A stretch of 63,126 nucleotides of DNA, filler included, from Octopus bimaculoides (GCF_001194135.2; 7 parts of 7 records of this genome joined end to end with filler, not necessarily neighbours in it), one strand, 5' to 3'. Shown: positions 52,650 through 63,126, counted from the first letter of the whole stretch. Made by a program: numbers and translations. Notes: a model not told the origin generated them from the letters alone.

Positions 52650-53226
52650 ACTGTTTGCGGGTGTGTGATTTATTGATCTTTTCATCGATCTGGATATTGA
52701 CGTTATTTTTATCCCTGTTTTAAAACCCCAGTTATTGTTGATGCGAGAAGGGAAGTAAAGGGACCCTTCCTTTTGTGGTAAAAGATCTGCTATTCAGGCT
52801 TTAGATGTTGACCACTATTTCTTGGAGGGAATTATCTTACACATCCTGTTATTATTCATGCGTAAATACACCATCTATTTTCACATGAATAATACTGTTA
52901 GAATCTGACTGTGTAAGTAAATAAAATGATTGTTGAATATTTATTTTAAGAACTATCAGCTGTTACCTTACAGTTTATGTCTCCAACTAATATATTTAGT
53001 TATCCATATCTACATTTCGAAATACTTCCGTAGAATTTACTGTGACCTCAATAAATAGTCCCTTCACTGATTAGATCCTGCATCCGTTTTCTTTTCTTTT
53101 TTCTTTCTTTATAGTTTTTCTCCAGCTAGCACTTATCGACAATCCTATAAAAGATAGTCACATGAGAAGAATATGGTTTGTAGACGATCGTGAAGGTGCT
53201 GGACGGCAGTTTTTAGACATATTTTG
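52650..53226 (+). promoter_or_regulatory. Candidate promoter and first 5'UTR exons of the ZNF gene (exon ending 52912; exon 53115/53126-53226)
   Basis: Donor TGT|GTAAGT at 52913; long pyrimidine tract with ATAG|/CCAG| acceptors at 53114 and 53125; donor TTG|GTAAGG at 53227. The region retains CpG and lies just upstream of a CpG-depleted domain. Linkage to the ZNF CDS is inferred. Confidence 0.4.
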
Positions 53227-54811
53227 GTAAGGAGAACTCCGAACACCACGGCTTCTCATTTCTTCCCAAGTTTCTTGATTATTCAGACTAGTTTTAAATG
53301 AAACAAAAAATACAGAATTGTATTTATGATATCTTGCTTGATTGGTAGGAAAGACACACCTTCGTTATTCATTTCTGTTGGTTTTAAAATATTTTGTTTA
53401 TACTTTGTTAAATTTTTCGATTTTTTTTCTCATTTACAATATCTTGTTATTGCAGAAAAGTTCCTTGAAAATTTAGATCGTAAATTTTAGATAGCCTTAG
53501 AATCCCAGTGTTTGATTCTGAAATATTTCCTTCCCAATTCTTGCGATAATTCCACCAGTTGCTCGTTCTACGGCAATATTTCGCATTCTTGGTCATCTCT
53601 GAGTTGATACTTTATACAAGACTATTTTTTTTATATTTCTCGAAAGTCTTTTAATTGAATTTTCGTCATTTGTTTAGTGCGATTTATGTATTTTATTAAA
53701 AACTCATGTACATTGCTCATCGCACATTCAATATTCCCCAAGACTGTTTCAATAATTATTCTTTCTAACCCAGGCGACTATTCATGATCAATAAGTTTAC
53801 TGGGCAGATTTTTAGACAGAAAAAGAAACATTTGTGGTTGTCGCTTTAAATTAAAACTTTAGTATCATATCCTGTAAATAGTAATGTTGTCAGCTTATAT
53901 TTCACCAGGTCATATTATTCTGCAAACCACTTAAATATCTCTTAGTTTTCTGTTTTCAAAAATTGGAAACAAAGAAAATGTTAAAAGGGAGAAAGATAAA
54001 AATGAATTTTAAGGTACAGTAGAATTGTAAAATACATATCCAACATCTCACTGAACTAAAAATTCAATAAAATTATTTTTTTAGAGAATTGTTAGAACAT
54101 TAAAATTTTTTTTTAATATATATTTTGTTAATAATTGTTTTATAGTTTCTTAAGTTCAAAATTAAGGCAGTTGATCAAGTGTACAACAAATCATTGTATT
54201 GAGTTCATTAAAAATAATCTCAAATCAGGAATGTGAGGTTAGGTTATTTTAGGGAATAAGATAAATTTCCAATACATTTCTAACTGCAAAATGTCAAAAT
54301 ATAAATCAAATACTTTCACAATACTCTTTATATAAAAAAGAAGTTAAATGCATACACAAATACAGTTTGCAGTGTAGTGCTACATATATATTTACCAGAT
54401 TTTAAAAAGATTGCATAAAAGTTCTTAACCCTAAAAGTTAATTGTGCTTTACAGAACTACAAAATAGGTGCCACTCCCTTTTCAGTTGGAAATGGCATTC
54501 AACTGGTAAAATAATTACCTTAACAATGAACAAAATTGCTAAAATTACCTTACCATGCACTGCAAAAATGAATAATTATAAGTGTATATATGTATGTGTG
54601 AGAGAGAGTGTGTGCAAAAAGAAAAATATCCCTTGCATTTGAAAACTATGGAAATATATTTTTTTAAAAGACATTTCATTTAATTTTTCCACAATTTAAT
54701 TGTTTTTCATACTTTACTCTNNNNNNNNNNNNNNNNNNNNNNNNNNNNNNNNNNNNNNNNNNNNNNNNNNNNNNNNNNNNNNNNNNNNNNNNNNNNNNNN
54801 NNNNNNNNNNN

Positions 54812-54843
<32 letters not shown>

Positions 54844-55949
54844 CAGAAAAAAATGGGCACTTATGTATGGTTAATAGAATGTGTATATTATTAGTAAAAT
54901 ACAGTATCATTGGTTGTTATGAGAATATATTGTATTTTATTTATGATATATACACAAGTGGCAAGTGTTTATTCCCAGAATCCTGAATTTGCTTGTCCTA
55001 CCATTCTCTCAAATACAACTTAAATGTTTGATTTGTAAAATTCAGTCATTTTATACATATTAATTACTGAAATGCTTTTTCTTCACTCCACGACTAGATA
55101 TTTAATTGTCTTCAGTTATAATTTTTAATAATGACTCCAGACCGGACCAAAATATTCTCATTTTCACTTTTACAGTTAATTCCCCTCTCCATTGTAAGTG
55201 GATTACTGGCCTAAATTTAGTATTTTGTTTTTAAAAAAATTGTTTTTTTAAGATTGAAGTCAGCCTTAATATTTATTAAGAATTTTTTTTTCTATAATTA
55301 TACTCATTTTTAGGAGTTGCCTGAAATAAAGATTACAATATTTTTGCATGAAAGATGTTTATAGTTAATTTTGTAAATTGAATCTGACTTGCAAATTATT
55401 AAAATTAATAAGTTATATCCTATTATTTCCTTGCCAGCATTGATTTACTTCATTATAAGTTTGATTAAAGTGGCAAGCTGGCAAAATCGTTACTGTACTG
55501 AACAAAATGCTTAGTGATATTTCTTTTGACTTTATATTCTGAGTTCAAATGCCACTGAAGTCAGCTTTGCCTTTCATCCTTTAAGGTCTATAAAATAAGT
55601 ACTAGTCAAGTACTGGGGTTGATGTTATTAAAAGCATACTTCCAAAGTAATTCTATTCAGCTGAGGAAAATATGTCAAGTGAAATATTGCTGAAAAATAT
55701 TTTAAATCCCTTTAAGAGTTGCTGTTAAAATTTGCTATTATCTCCAGACAATAAATTAATGAGCATTGAGTTGTTTCATTATGTTCATCTCGTTATGAAA
55801 TTGAAATCCTTATTGATGTTTTTGTTAATTTCAGACTAGATATTTATGAATTTTTTGTTGGTATCAACAAGTTAAATAGCAGCAAATTACAATATCCCGA
55901 CTACTGCACCATCTAACACTTCAGTATATTATTATTATTATTATTATTA

Positions 55950-56159
55950 TTATAAGGCAATCTAGCAGAATTTAGCAAAATCATTAGCACGCCTTTACAT
56001 TCTGAGTTCAAATTCCACTGAGGTCATCTTTGCCTTTCATCTTTTCGGGGTCGATGAAAGAAGTACCAGTTACACACTGGGATCGATGTAATCAACTAGC
56101 CCTCTCCCCCAAAATTTCTGGCTTTGTGCCTATAGTAGAAAGGATTATTATTATTATTA

Positions 56160-56203
<44 letters not shown>

Positions 56204-56600
56204 GTTGTTATTATCATTATAAGGCAATCTGGCAGAATCATTAGCATGCCGGAGAAATTGTTTAGTAACATTTTATCTGTCTCTACATTCTGAGTTGGCA
56301 GAAACGTTAGCACGTCGGGCGAAATGCTTAGCGGTATTTCGTCTGCCTTTATGTTCTGAGTTCAAATGCCATCAAGGTTGACTTTGCTTTTCATCCTTTT
56401 GAGATCAATAAAATAAGCACCAGTTAAACACTGGGATCGATGTAATCAACTTACCTCCTCGCTTTGTGCCAAAATTTGAAACCATTATTAAGACAGCAAG
56501 TTAGTGTGTTGTACAAAATGCTTAGCAGCATTTCTTCCAGACTTTTATGTTCTAAATTCAAATCCCATTGAGGTCGACTTTGTCTTTCTTCATTTTGAGG
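55950..56600 (+). mobile_element. Chain of SINE family B copies separated by (ATT)n
   Basis: (ATT)n AAGGCAATCT...GTAGAAAGG (ATT)n AAGGCAATCTGGCAGAATC... with further heads near 56295 and 56490. Confidence 0.8.
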
Positions 56601-56960
56601 TCAATAAAATAAAGTACAAGTAATTTACAACTACCACACACTCACACGTGTCTACATACATGGTGGAAATCAACTTGTGACTGAATAAGACCACTTCTTA
56701 AACCCATTATACTCTAAGAAACATCTCATGCCCAATCAGTTCAGCTGGAAAAAATGAGTTGTAAGGGCCAGCCTTGTCACATTCTGTGTCATGCTGAATC
56801 TCCCTGAGAACTACATTAAGAATACACATGTTTGTGGAGTACTCAGCTACTTGTATGTTAATTTCCCAAGCAGGCTGTTGATTGATCAAACTAACTGAAA
56901 CACTTGTCATAACCAATGGAAAGCCAGGAAATATATATATATGTGTGTGTTGTATTTTAA

Positions 56961-57192
56961 GACTACTGTTGGTTTCGTGTTAAGAAAAATATCTTAATAA
57001 TTTTTCAAGCCAATCACATGGAGAAATGGTGTTTGTCTCCATTTTGGATGTAAATACAAGCTCTTATCTTTGTCTCAATTAGGCATTGTGTTTTCATCCA
57101 AAATGGAGATGTACACCATTCCTCCATGTGATCAGCTTGAAAATTTGTTGAAATATTAAGATATTTTTCTTAACATGAAACCAATGGTAACC
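56961..57192. mobile_element. Palindromic MITE with TTAA TSD and GG/RR termini (Kolobok-like)
   Basis: TTAA|GACTACTGTTGGTTTCGTGTTAAGAAAAATATCTTAATA... pairs with ...TATTAAGATATTTTTCTTAACATGAAACCAATGGTAACC|TTAA. Arms are about 100 bp. Confidence 0.7.
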
Positions 57193-57269
57193 TTAATACA
57201 CAAATAGAGAAATTCTATCCACCAATGTGGTGTTGTGCACTCATTCTTGTCATTCAACATTTACACACA

Positions 57270-57309
<40 letters not shown>

Positions 57310-58176
57310 GGTGCAGGAGTGGCTGTGTGGTAAGAGGCTTGCTTCCCCACCACACGGTTCCAGGTTAAGTCCCACTGCATGGTTCCTTGGGCAAGTGTCT
57401 TCTACTTTATCCTCAGGCCAACCAAAGCCTTGTGAGTGGATTTGTTAGACAGAAACTGAAAGAAGCCTGTTGTGTATATATATATGGTGGTTGTCTACTC
57501 CTTAAACAGAGTTTGACCACCTCCTGCACCTACACCTTAGCCNNNNNNNNNNNNNNNNNNNNNNNNNNNNNNNNNNNNNNNNNNNNNNNNNNNNNNNNNN
57601 NNNNNNNNNNNNNNNNNNNNNNNNNNNNNNNNNNNNNNNNNNNNCAAGTAAGTTCTGCTCATTGTGGATCCTAACATGTCTTTTAAGACCCCCATTGGAT
57701 TTGCAAACCCTCTGGCACACACCACATTCAAACGTGTGCACAGACATATAATCAGAATAGCTGGATGAGGTTTGTTTTCCATGGGTTCGCAGGTGAGATT
57801 TGAGGCCAGCCAAGGACAGACATGGTCTGTCACAGACTGTGCACACAAAAAGGTCCTTGTCATTCACCTTCTCAGTCTTTACATTTTTCCTTAAATATCT
57901 CTTGAGCCCTGCTTGCATCATCCTGGCCTCTTCAAATGCTTTCACTCCACTCCACACCCTTGTTCGCCATCCAACTCGAATATATATATATTTGTTATTT
58001 GTGTCTGTGTTTGACCCTCCACCATCGCTTGAAACTGATGTTGGTGTGTTTACGTCCCAGTTGCTTAGTGGCTCGGCACAAAGAGATCAATAGAATAAAT
58101 ACTAGGCTTACAAACCATAAGTCCTAAAGGTGGTGGTCCAGTATGGCCACAGTCAAATGACTGAAAGAAGTTAAAG
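57310..58176 (+). mobile_element. SINE family A split by a LINE insertion in its internal (TA)n
   Basis: The 5' half (57310-57485) and 3' half (57980-58176) rejoin into the same structure as 31355-31760. Confidence 0.85.
57486..57979 (-). mobile_element. 5'-truncated RTE-type LINE 3' end encoding two C2H2 fingers
   Basis: RVGWRTRVWSGVKAFEEAR...LKRYLRK, then FVCTVCDRPCLSLAGLKSHLRTH and FECGVCQRVCKSNGGLKRHVRIH. (TA)n on both flanks; internal N gap. Confidence 0.75.
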
Positions 58177-58433
58177 TATATATATATACACCCATCTATC
58201 AAATCCACTCATAAGGCTAGTTGGCCTAGAACTAAAATGGAAGACTTTTGTTCAAGGTACTATGCAGTGGAACTGAACCCAAAACTATGTTATTGAGAAG
58301 CTAACTTCTTAACCATCCAGCCATGCCTGTGCCTACAACTACACCTCTTCAGTATTTTTTGGTATTTTATTATTTGTTCTCCTATTTTCTGCTGCATTGA
58401 GAAATGTTGAAATTATCTATTTTCTAATTTCAG

Positions 58434-58477
58434 GATTTGATTTCAAAAGGAACAAATTTACCAACAGACAACTGTTG
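58434..58477 (+). other. 5'UTR exon of the ZNF gene (44 bp), followed by an 81-bp intron (58478-58558)
   Basis: TTTTCTAATTTCAG|GAT...TTG|GTAAGT, then TAATCTTCAG|GAG. An in-frame TAA at 58568-58570 precedes ATG 58577. Confidence 0.65.
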
Positions 58478-58576
58478 GTAAGTTGGAATCAAGAATCTTG
58501 TTTGACAGACTTCTCAAAATCAGAAAAATAAGAAACCATTTTAATTTGTAATCTTCAGGAGGAATCTTAAAAAAAT

Positions 58577-59287
58577 ATGCAGAGAAATTTTGGAATAAAA
58601 CCATTTTATTGTGAAATATGCGAAAAAGATTTTTTACACAGCAGTGACTTGAAATTTCATATGAGGACTCACAATGGAGAGAAATCTTTCAGTTGTGATA
58701 TCTGTGGAAAGGAATTCTCACAAAACTCTAATTTAAGGAAGCATATTAAAACTCACAGTGGTGAGAAACCTTACCGGTGTGATATATGCAGAAAAGAATT
58801 TTCCAGAAATTCTCTTTTAAGCCGTCATATAAGAACTCACACTGGAGAAAAACCGTACCATTGTGATATATGTGGTAAAGATTTTGTTGATAATTCAACA
58901 TTAAAGAGGCACATAAGGATTCATACTGGTGAAAAACCATTCTGTTGCCAAATATGTGGGAAAGAATTTGCTCGAAATTCTCATCTAAAAGAACATATAA
59001 AAACACATACTGGAGAAAAACCTTATCATTGTGAAATATGTGGCAAAGATTTTTCTCAAAGTTCCTATTTAAAAGAACATATAAGAACTCATACAGGTGA
59101 AAAACCCTATCATTGTGAGATATGTGGTAAGGAATTTTCTAGAAATTCCCATTTAAAAGAACACCGCAAAACACATTCTAGAGAAAAAAGTTTTCTCTGT
59201 CAGATATGTGACAAGAGTTTCTCCCAAAATTCTCATTTAAAAGAACATATAAAGTCACACACTGAAGATATTCTAGAAAGTTGCTAA
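58577..59287 (+). CDS. C2H2 zinc-finger protein, 8 tandem fingers, 236 aa, no effector domain
   Basis: Eight intact CxxC-x12-HxxxH units with TGEKP-type linkers and an open frame. ATTAAA at 59299-59304 is a possible poly(A) signal. Confidence 0.95.
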   Translation: MQRNFGIKPFYCEICEKDFLHSSDLKFHMRTHNGEKSFSCDICGKEFSQNSNLRKHIKTHSGEKPYRCDICRKEFSRNSLLSRHIRTHTGEKPYHCDICGKDFVDNSTLKRHIRIHTGEKPFCCQICGKEFARNSHLKEHIKTHTGEKPYHCEICGKDFSQSSYLKEHIRTHTGEKPYHCEICGKEFSRNSHLKEHRKTHSREKSFLCQICDKSFSQNSHLKEHIKSHTEDILESC

Positions 59288-60389
59288 TTTTTATTCTTAT
59301 TAAAAAAATTATATGTATTTAATTTTAAATATTTATGTTTTTATGTGAGGGAAAAATAGTTAGCATTCTCATGTCAAAGATGGAGACAAAAGAGCTTGGA
59401 TATGATGCAAAATTAAGTCATTATCATCATCTTTGTTTTAATATCAACTTCTCTATGCTTGCATCAGTCAAACAAAATTTGTTGAGGCAAATTTTCAATG
59501 GTCAAATGCTATTCCTGTCACCAACCCTCACCTGTTTCCAACTAAGGTAATATTTCCCCATAACCAGACATTTTTGCAGAAAATTGGAAATGAAAGACAC
59601 TGCTTGTATGACATTGACACTTGTACTCATGTACAGCTATCATGCAACGTCGAGGCCAGGAGACATAAACGTACAAACACACACACATATATAACATAAA
59701 TATATATATAATGAGCTTCTTTCAGTTTCTGTCCACCAAATCCATTCACAAGGCTTTGGTTAGCTGGGGCGAATGTAGTAAATACTTGTCTAAGGTGCTA
59801 TGCTATAGGACTGAATTTGAAATCATGTGGTGGCAGAATCATTAGAGAATCAGACAAAATGCTTTGCAGTTTTTCTTCTGGCTCTTTACATTCTGAGTTC
59901 AAATCCCACTGAGACCAGCTTTACTTTTCATCTCTCCAGCGGTTGATAAAATAAAGTACCAGTCAAGCATTGGGGTTAATGTACTTGACTAACCTCCTCT
60001 CCTAGAATTGCTGGTTTGTGCCAAAATTTGAAAAATATTGTTGTTGCTTGTTTTATACAAGCTCTTTCAAGTCTCATCCAAAGACCTCAAGAAATATCAA
60101 GTTAAATGTTTTATTGTGACTGCAGGTGTTATTTACAAGTAGCGAGATAAACTTCAGGGAAAGGACACCAAATAATATGAATTAAGATTTCATTAGAAGT
60201 AATATTTTCAATTTTAAAAGATTCAAATATTCTCAGAGGTCTCGCATAGAATGTGGATTACACCCATGAGAATAAATTTTTGTAGTTCTGATACTTTTTG
60301 GTTGCCTGGTATTTGATCATAGTATTTAAGAGCACTTTAGCTTTTCAATATCTGGCATAAAGCTCCCTCCCTCAATGCTACACTCCTAC

Positions 60390-60620
60390 TCTGTCAAGAT
60401 GACTTGTCTTGTGAGCTACTTGGTAACGTCACTAGTAACAGTGCCATGGTACACTATAAAGTGCTATCTGTAAAGTGGTTAGTATTAGAGAGGGCATCCA
60501 GCCATAGACATCATGTCAAAGCAGATGCTGGAGCTCAACACAGTACTCTGGCTCAATGCAGTTTGTTGAATCATCATGTCAGCATGGAATACAGACATTA
60601 AATGATGATGACGATGATGA
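60390..60620 (+). mobile_element. RTE LINE 3'UTR copy with (GAT)n tail, CpG-decayed
   Basis: GAGAGGGCATCCAGCCATAGA...CAGCATGGAATACAGACATTAAATGATGATG. Confidence 0.65.
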
Positions 60621-62039
60621 ATGTTCCTGTGAAATGGAATGATGGAAGAGATTCATGCACTGCACACTTGAATTGCACGTTCATGACATACTGCAGTTGC
60701 TCATTATGTCTTTAGGCAAGACATGTTACTCTATTTAGTTAATATATTTACTTAAGACATTTTTATCATTGTGCTGTGTGCTAAGATATGAAGATAATTT
60801 ATCAATGAGTTACCGTTTTAATCCCCAACCGAAACTACTTCACTCCATTAATTCTTTAAATAACCACATGAGTATCATCACCTTTCACTTCTTTTCTGTA
60901 TAATTCCAGCATAATACCAATTAGGAGACCATTATTTTTTAAAATAGTTAAAACTACTGCTACTGCTGGTAGGTGTAGTAGTAGAAGTAGCAACAGAAAA
61001 ACAGTTAAGTATCAGACTAAAATGATGCCATATTTAATCATAGCTCTTTATGTTCTGAGCTGAAATTCAGCTTTTCACCCTTCCAGTGTCAATAAAATAA
61101 ATACAATTAAATTGAGGCCTGTTCAATTGATTATAAACTTTCCCTTTAAATTTATGTTTTTGTGCCAAAATGATAAATGTTTAGTAGTTTTAGTTACAGT
61201 AGTAGCATTTTTTTTTTGTTTTAAATTGTTCATACTATCCGACGAAGGATGAGTTTTGTAAATTTGAAAGTTAAGAAATATTAATAAGTTGATTCTAGAA
61301 TTGTTTCTTCCATGTTTGTTTCAATTGCATTGGTTATGTCAAGTAAAATGGATACAGCCAGAAAGGGTTAGAACGGTTTACTAACTCACTAATGCTGTAC
61401 AGCAATCATCATTGCTGTTGATTCTGCTACTGTTAACTAATTAACGTCAAAGACAACTGGGCTTATGGATGTCACAGGATTGAAATAACAAATTTAAATT
61501 TGTACCAGCAATTGTTAAAAATTCTTGACACTTCAAATGTTATTTGCTTAAGAGAACAACACATAACTGAAAACATTGATGAAATCTATGAATTTTTCCA
61601 TTTGAACAATATTGTTTTATGGAAACAATTGTGATATATAATGGTTGTTGTAGAATTATTGCCATTTAATAGATATGATATATATATGTTTATATAATAT
61701 ATATATAATATGTATATATATATATATAATGTATATGTAAAATATACATATAATGTATANNNNNNNNNNNNNNNNNNNNNNNNNNNNNNNNNNNNNNNNN
61801 NNNTTAATTAATTAANNNNNNNNNNNNNNNNNNNNNNNNNNNNNNNNNNNNNNNNNNNNGGGTAGCTTGATTGTTAGAATTTTTTTTATCAGCTGTTGCC
61901 GTTTTTTCTTTTTTTTTCTGTTTACATGGTTCTGTGCAAATCCTCACTGTACTTTGTCTTTGTATTGTCCTAAATATTTTTCGCTGCCCTTATGGCCAAT
62001 GAGAAGGAATTATCACCGTTATTGTTATCATTATTATAT

Positions 62040-62520
62040 AAAGGCGGCGAGCTGGCAGAATCGTTAGCATGCCGGACGGAATGCTTAGCAGTATTTCGCC
62101 CGCCGCTACATTCTGAGCTCAAATTCCGCCGATGTTAACTTTCGGGGAATTTGCGCGTGTAAACTGGGAAAGCATACAATGAGCTTCTCTGCCCTGAGTC
62201 GATAAATTAAGTACCAGTGAAACACTGGGGTCGATGTAATCGACTCACTCCCCTCCAGAAGCTGTCTTTGTTGCAAAAATTTGATATCATTATTATTATT
62301 AAGGCGGTGAGCTGGCAGAATCGCTAGCACTCCGAGCAAAATGTGCAGCGGCATTTTGTACGTTTCTACGTTCTGAGTTCAAATTCCACCGAGGTCTATT
62401 TTGCTTTTCACCCGTCTGAGGTCGATAAAATAAGAACCAGTGAAACACTGTAATCGATGTAATCGACTCATCCTCTCCTCACACAAATTGCTGCGTTTCA
62501 AGCAATATTTAAAACCATTA
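62040..62520 (+). mobile_element. Tandem young SINE family B copies joined by (ATT)n
   Basis: AAGGCGGCGAGCTGGCAGAATCGTTAGCATGCCGG and AAGGCGGTGAGCTGGCAGAATCGCTAGC; CpG-rich. Confidence 0.9.
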
Positions 62521-62699
62521 TTATTATTATCATCATTATCTTCTTTCTTCAAATTTTCTTCCATTTCTCGCCGAGTGTTTTCCGTACACCTAGGGCAGAG
62601 AAGCTCATTGTATGCATTTCCAATTTACACACGCAAATTCATAGGTAAAATATGTATTTAAAAAAAATTAATAAATAAATGAATTCATGAATGGATGTT

Positions 62700-63015
62700 G
62701 TTTTCACAGCGATAATGCTCTTCTCAGTACATGAGTAGTTCCCGTTAACACGAAGTTTTGCACTTCCTGTAGGGATGGTAAGCCTGGTATCATTTTCAAA
62801 TGGGTTTCAGTACCTTTTTTTTATCATTCCTAGAGATCCTACAATCACTGGTACGGTGGTCGCCTTAAGATGCCATATTTTTTCAATTTCTATTAGCAAG
62901 ACTTTATATTTACTGATCTTGTCAAATTCTTTCGCCGTTATATTATGATCGCAAGGAATACTCATGTCAATTAATAAACACATCTTCTTTGTCTGATCTT
63001 TTATAATAATATCCC

Positions 63016-63020
<5 letters not shown>
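62700..63020 (-). mobile_element. 5'-truncated R4/Dong-like LINE fragment (RLE endonuclease domain) next to a (TAA)n array
   Basis: RDIIIKDQTKKMCLLIDMSIPCDHNITAKEFDKISKY...IWHLKATTVPVIVGSLGMIKK (PD..D-type motif), then after a frameshift LQEVQNFVLTGTTHVLRRALSL*. The (ATT)n array runs from about 63018 to the window end. Confidence 0.8.
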
Positions 63021-63073
<53 letters not shown>

Positions 63074-63078
63074 TATTA

Positions 63079-63126
<48 letters not shown>

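Noticed and set aside
57502-57957. Second host C2H2 zinc-finger gene
   Set aside because: It has RTE-type upstream residues, no TGEKP linkers and no true start, and it is inserted inside a SINE. It is a LINE fragment.
11763-61815. TTAATTAATTAA repeated six times (11763, 19832, 28904, 42855, 49274, 61804)
   Set aside because: Where counted, it sits in the middle of a 44N+12+44N = 100-bp block, and all six look alike. It is an artificial scaffold spacer with stops in all frames, not a biological motif. Adjacency across these joins is uncertain.

Overview
AT-rich, gap-riddled animal genomic DNA, most likely from an octopus draft assembly. This is an inference from the effector-less poly-C2H2 gene, TTAGGG repeats and the SINE/microsatellite landscape. 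There are no prokaryotic features. One convincing host CDS is present: an 8-finger C2H2 zinc-finger gene (58577-59287, +) with spliced 5'UTR exons. The rest is transposon debris and microsatellites: three tRNA-derived SINE families, RTE, CR1-like and R4/Dong-like LINE ends, deleted mariner/Tc1 copies, a Helitron 3' end, piggyBac-, Kolobok- and Tigger-like MITEs, and Penelope-like repeats next to (TA)n. Nearly all long ORFs in the supplied track are N-gap or microsatellite artefacts. Most notable: (1) a 787-bp foldback element with an 8-bp TSD whose core is a convergent (TTAGGG)n/(CCCTAA)n array that mimics a telomere fusion; (2) a SINE whose internal microsatellite acts as an expansion and insertion site, including a zinc-finger-bearing RTE tail inside the ZNF gene's intron; (3) CpG-depleted versus CpG-retaining domains that outline probable unannotated transcription units; (4) many long hairpins and inverted repeat pairs, which are candidate dsRNA, ADAR, miRNA or circRNA substrates. 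No new protein-coding system is supported. Family assignments are by eye, without database searches.
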